Source of the DNA: Lingula anatina
Taxonomy: Eukaryota; Animalia; Brachiopoda
NCBI GenBank assembly: GCA_051362555.1
Contig: CM120647.1
Coordinates: forward strand, 10,416,001-10,480,000
DNA length: 64,000 nucleotides
Direction: 5' to 3'
Both the position numbers and the translations under genes were made by a program. Shown here in pieces: positions 63,972-64,000 of this stretch. Within the stretch, counting starts at the first letter, position 1. The number at the start of each line of letters is the position of its first letter. Under the pieces are notes generated by a model. The model had not been told where the DNA came from. It made no database searches and worked only from the letters and a program-made list of their open reading frames with translations.

Positions 63972-64000
63972 CTGAAATTAACAAATAAAAGTAAATTATT

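Overview
This is AT-rich, intron-containing animal genomic DNA, probably from a marine invertebrate such as a mollusc or other lophotrochozoan (inferred from repeat style and gene set). I reconstructed five spliced genes by hand using GT-AG junctions and intron phases: TM9SF1 (-, 5' part), a dve/SATB-like COMPASS homeobox gene (+), ABT1/ESF2 (-), ketohexokinase (+), and a HELZ2-like double SF1 helicase/RNB nuclease (-, 5' end outside the window). Main finding: the HELZ2-like reading frame appears to continue through phase-compatible exons into a ZU5-UPA (FIIND-like, HF|T motif), death-fold and CARD-like tail. That is an NLRP1/CARD8/PIDD-type signalling module attached to an RNA helicase-exonuclease, and a candidate innate-immune RNA sensor. 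A MITE has inserted in its last exon and replaced the C-terminus. Second finding: the dve/SATB-like gene has one ULD and two alternative, duplicated 3' cassettes (CUTL plus two homeodomains, or a SATB1-like CUTL plus one homeodomain). Introns contain many DNA transposons/MITEs with 3-, 5-, 6- and 8-bp TSDs, LINE 3' ends and a minisatellite. All domain calls are by-eye motif recognition; no database search was run.
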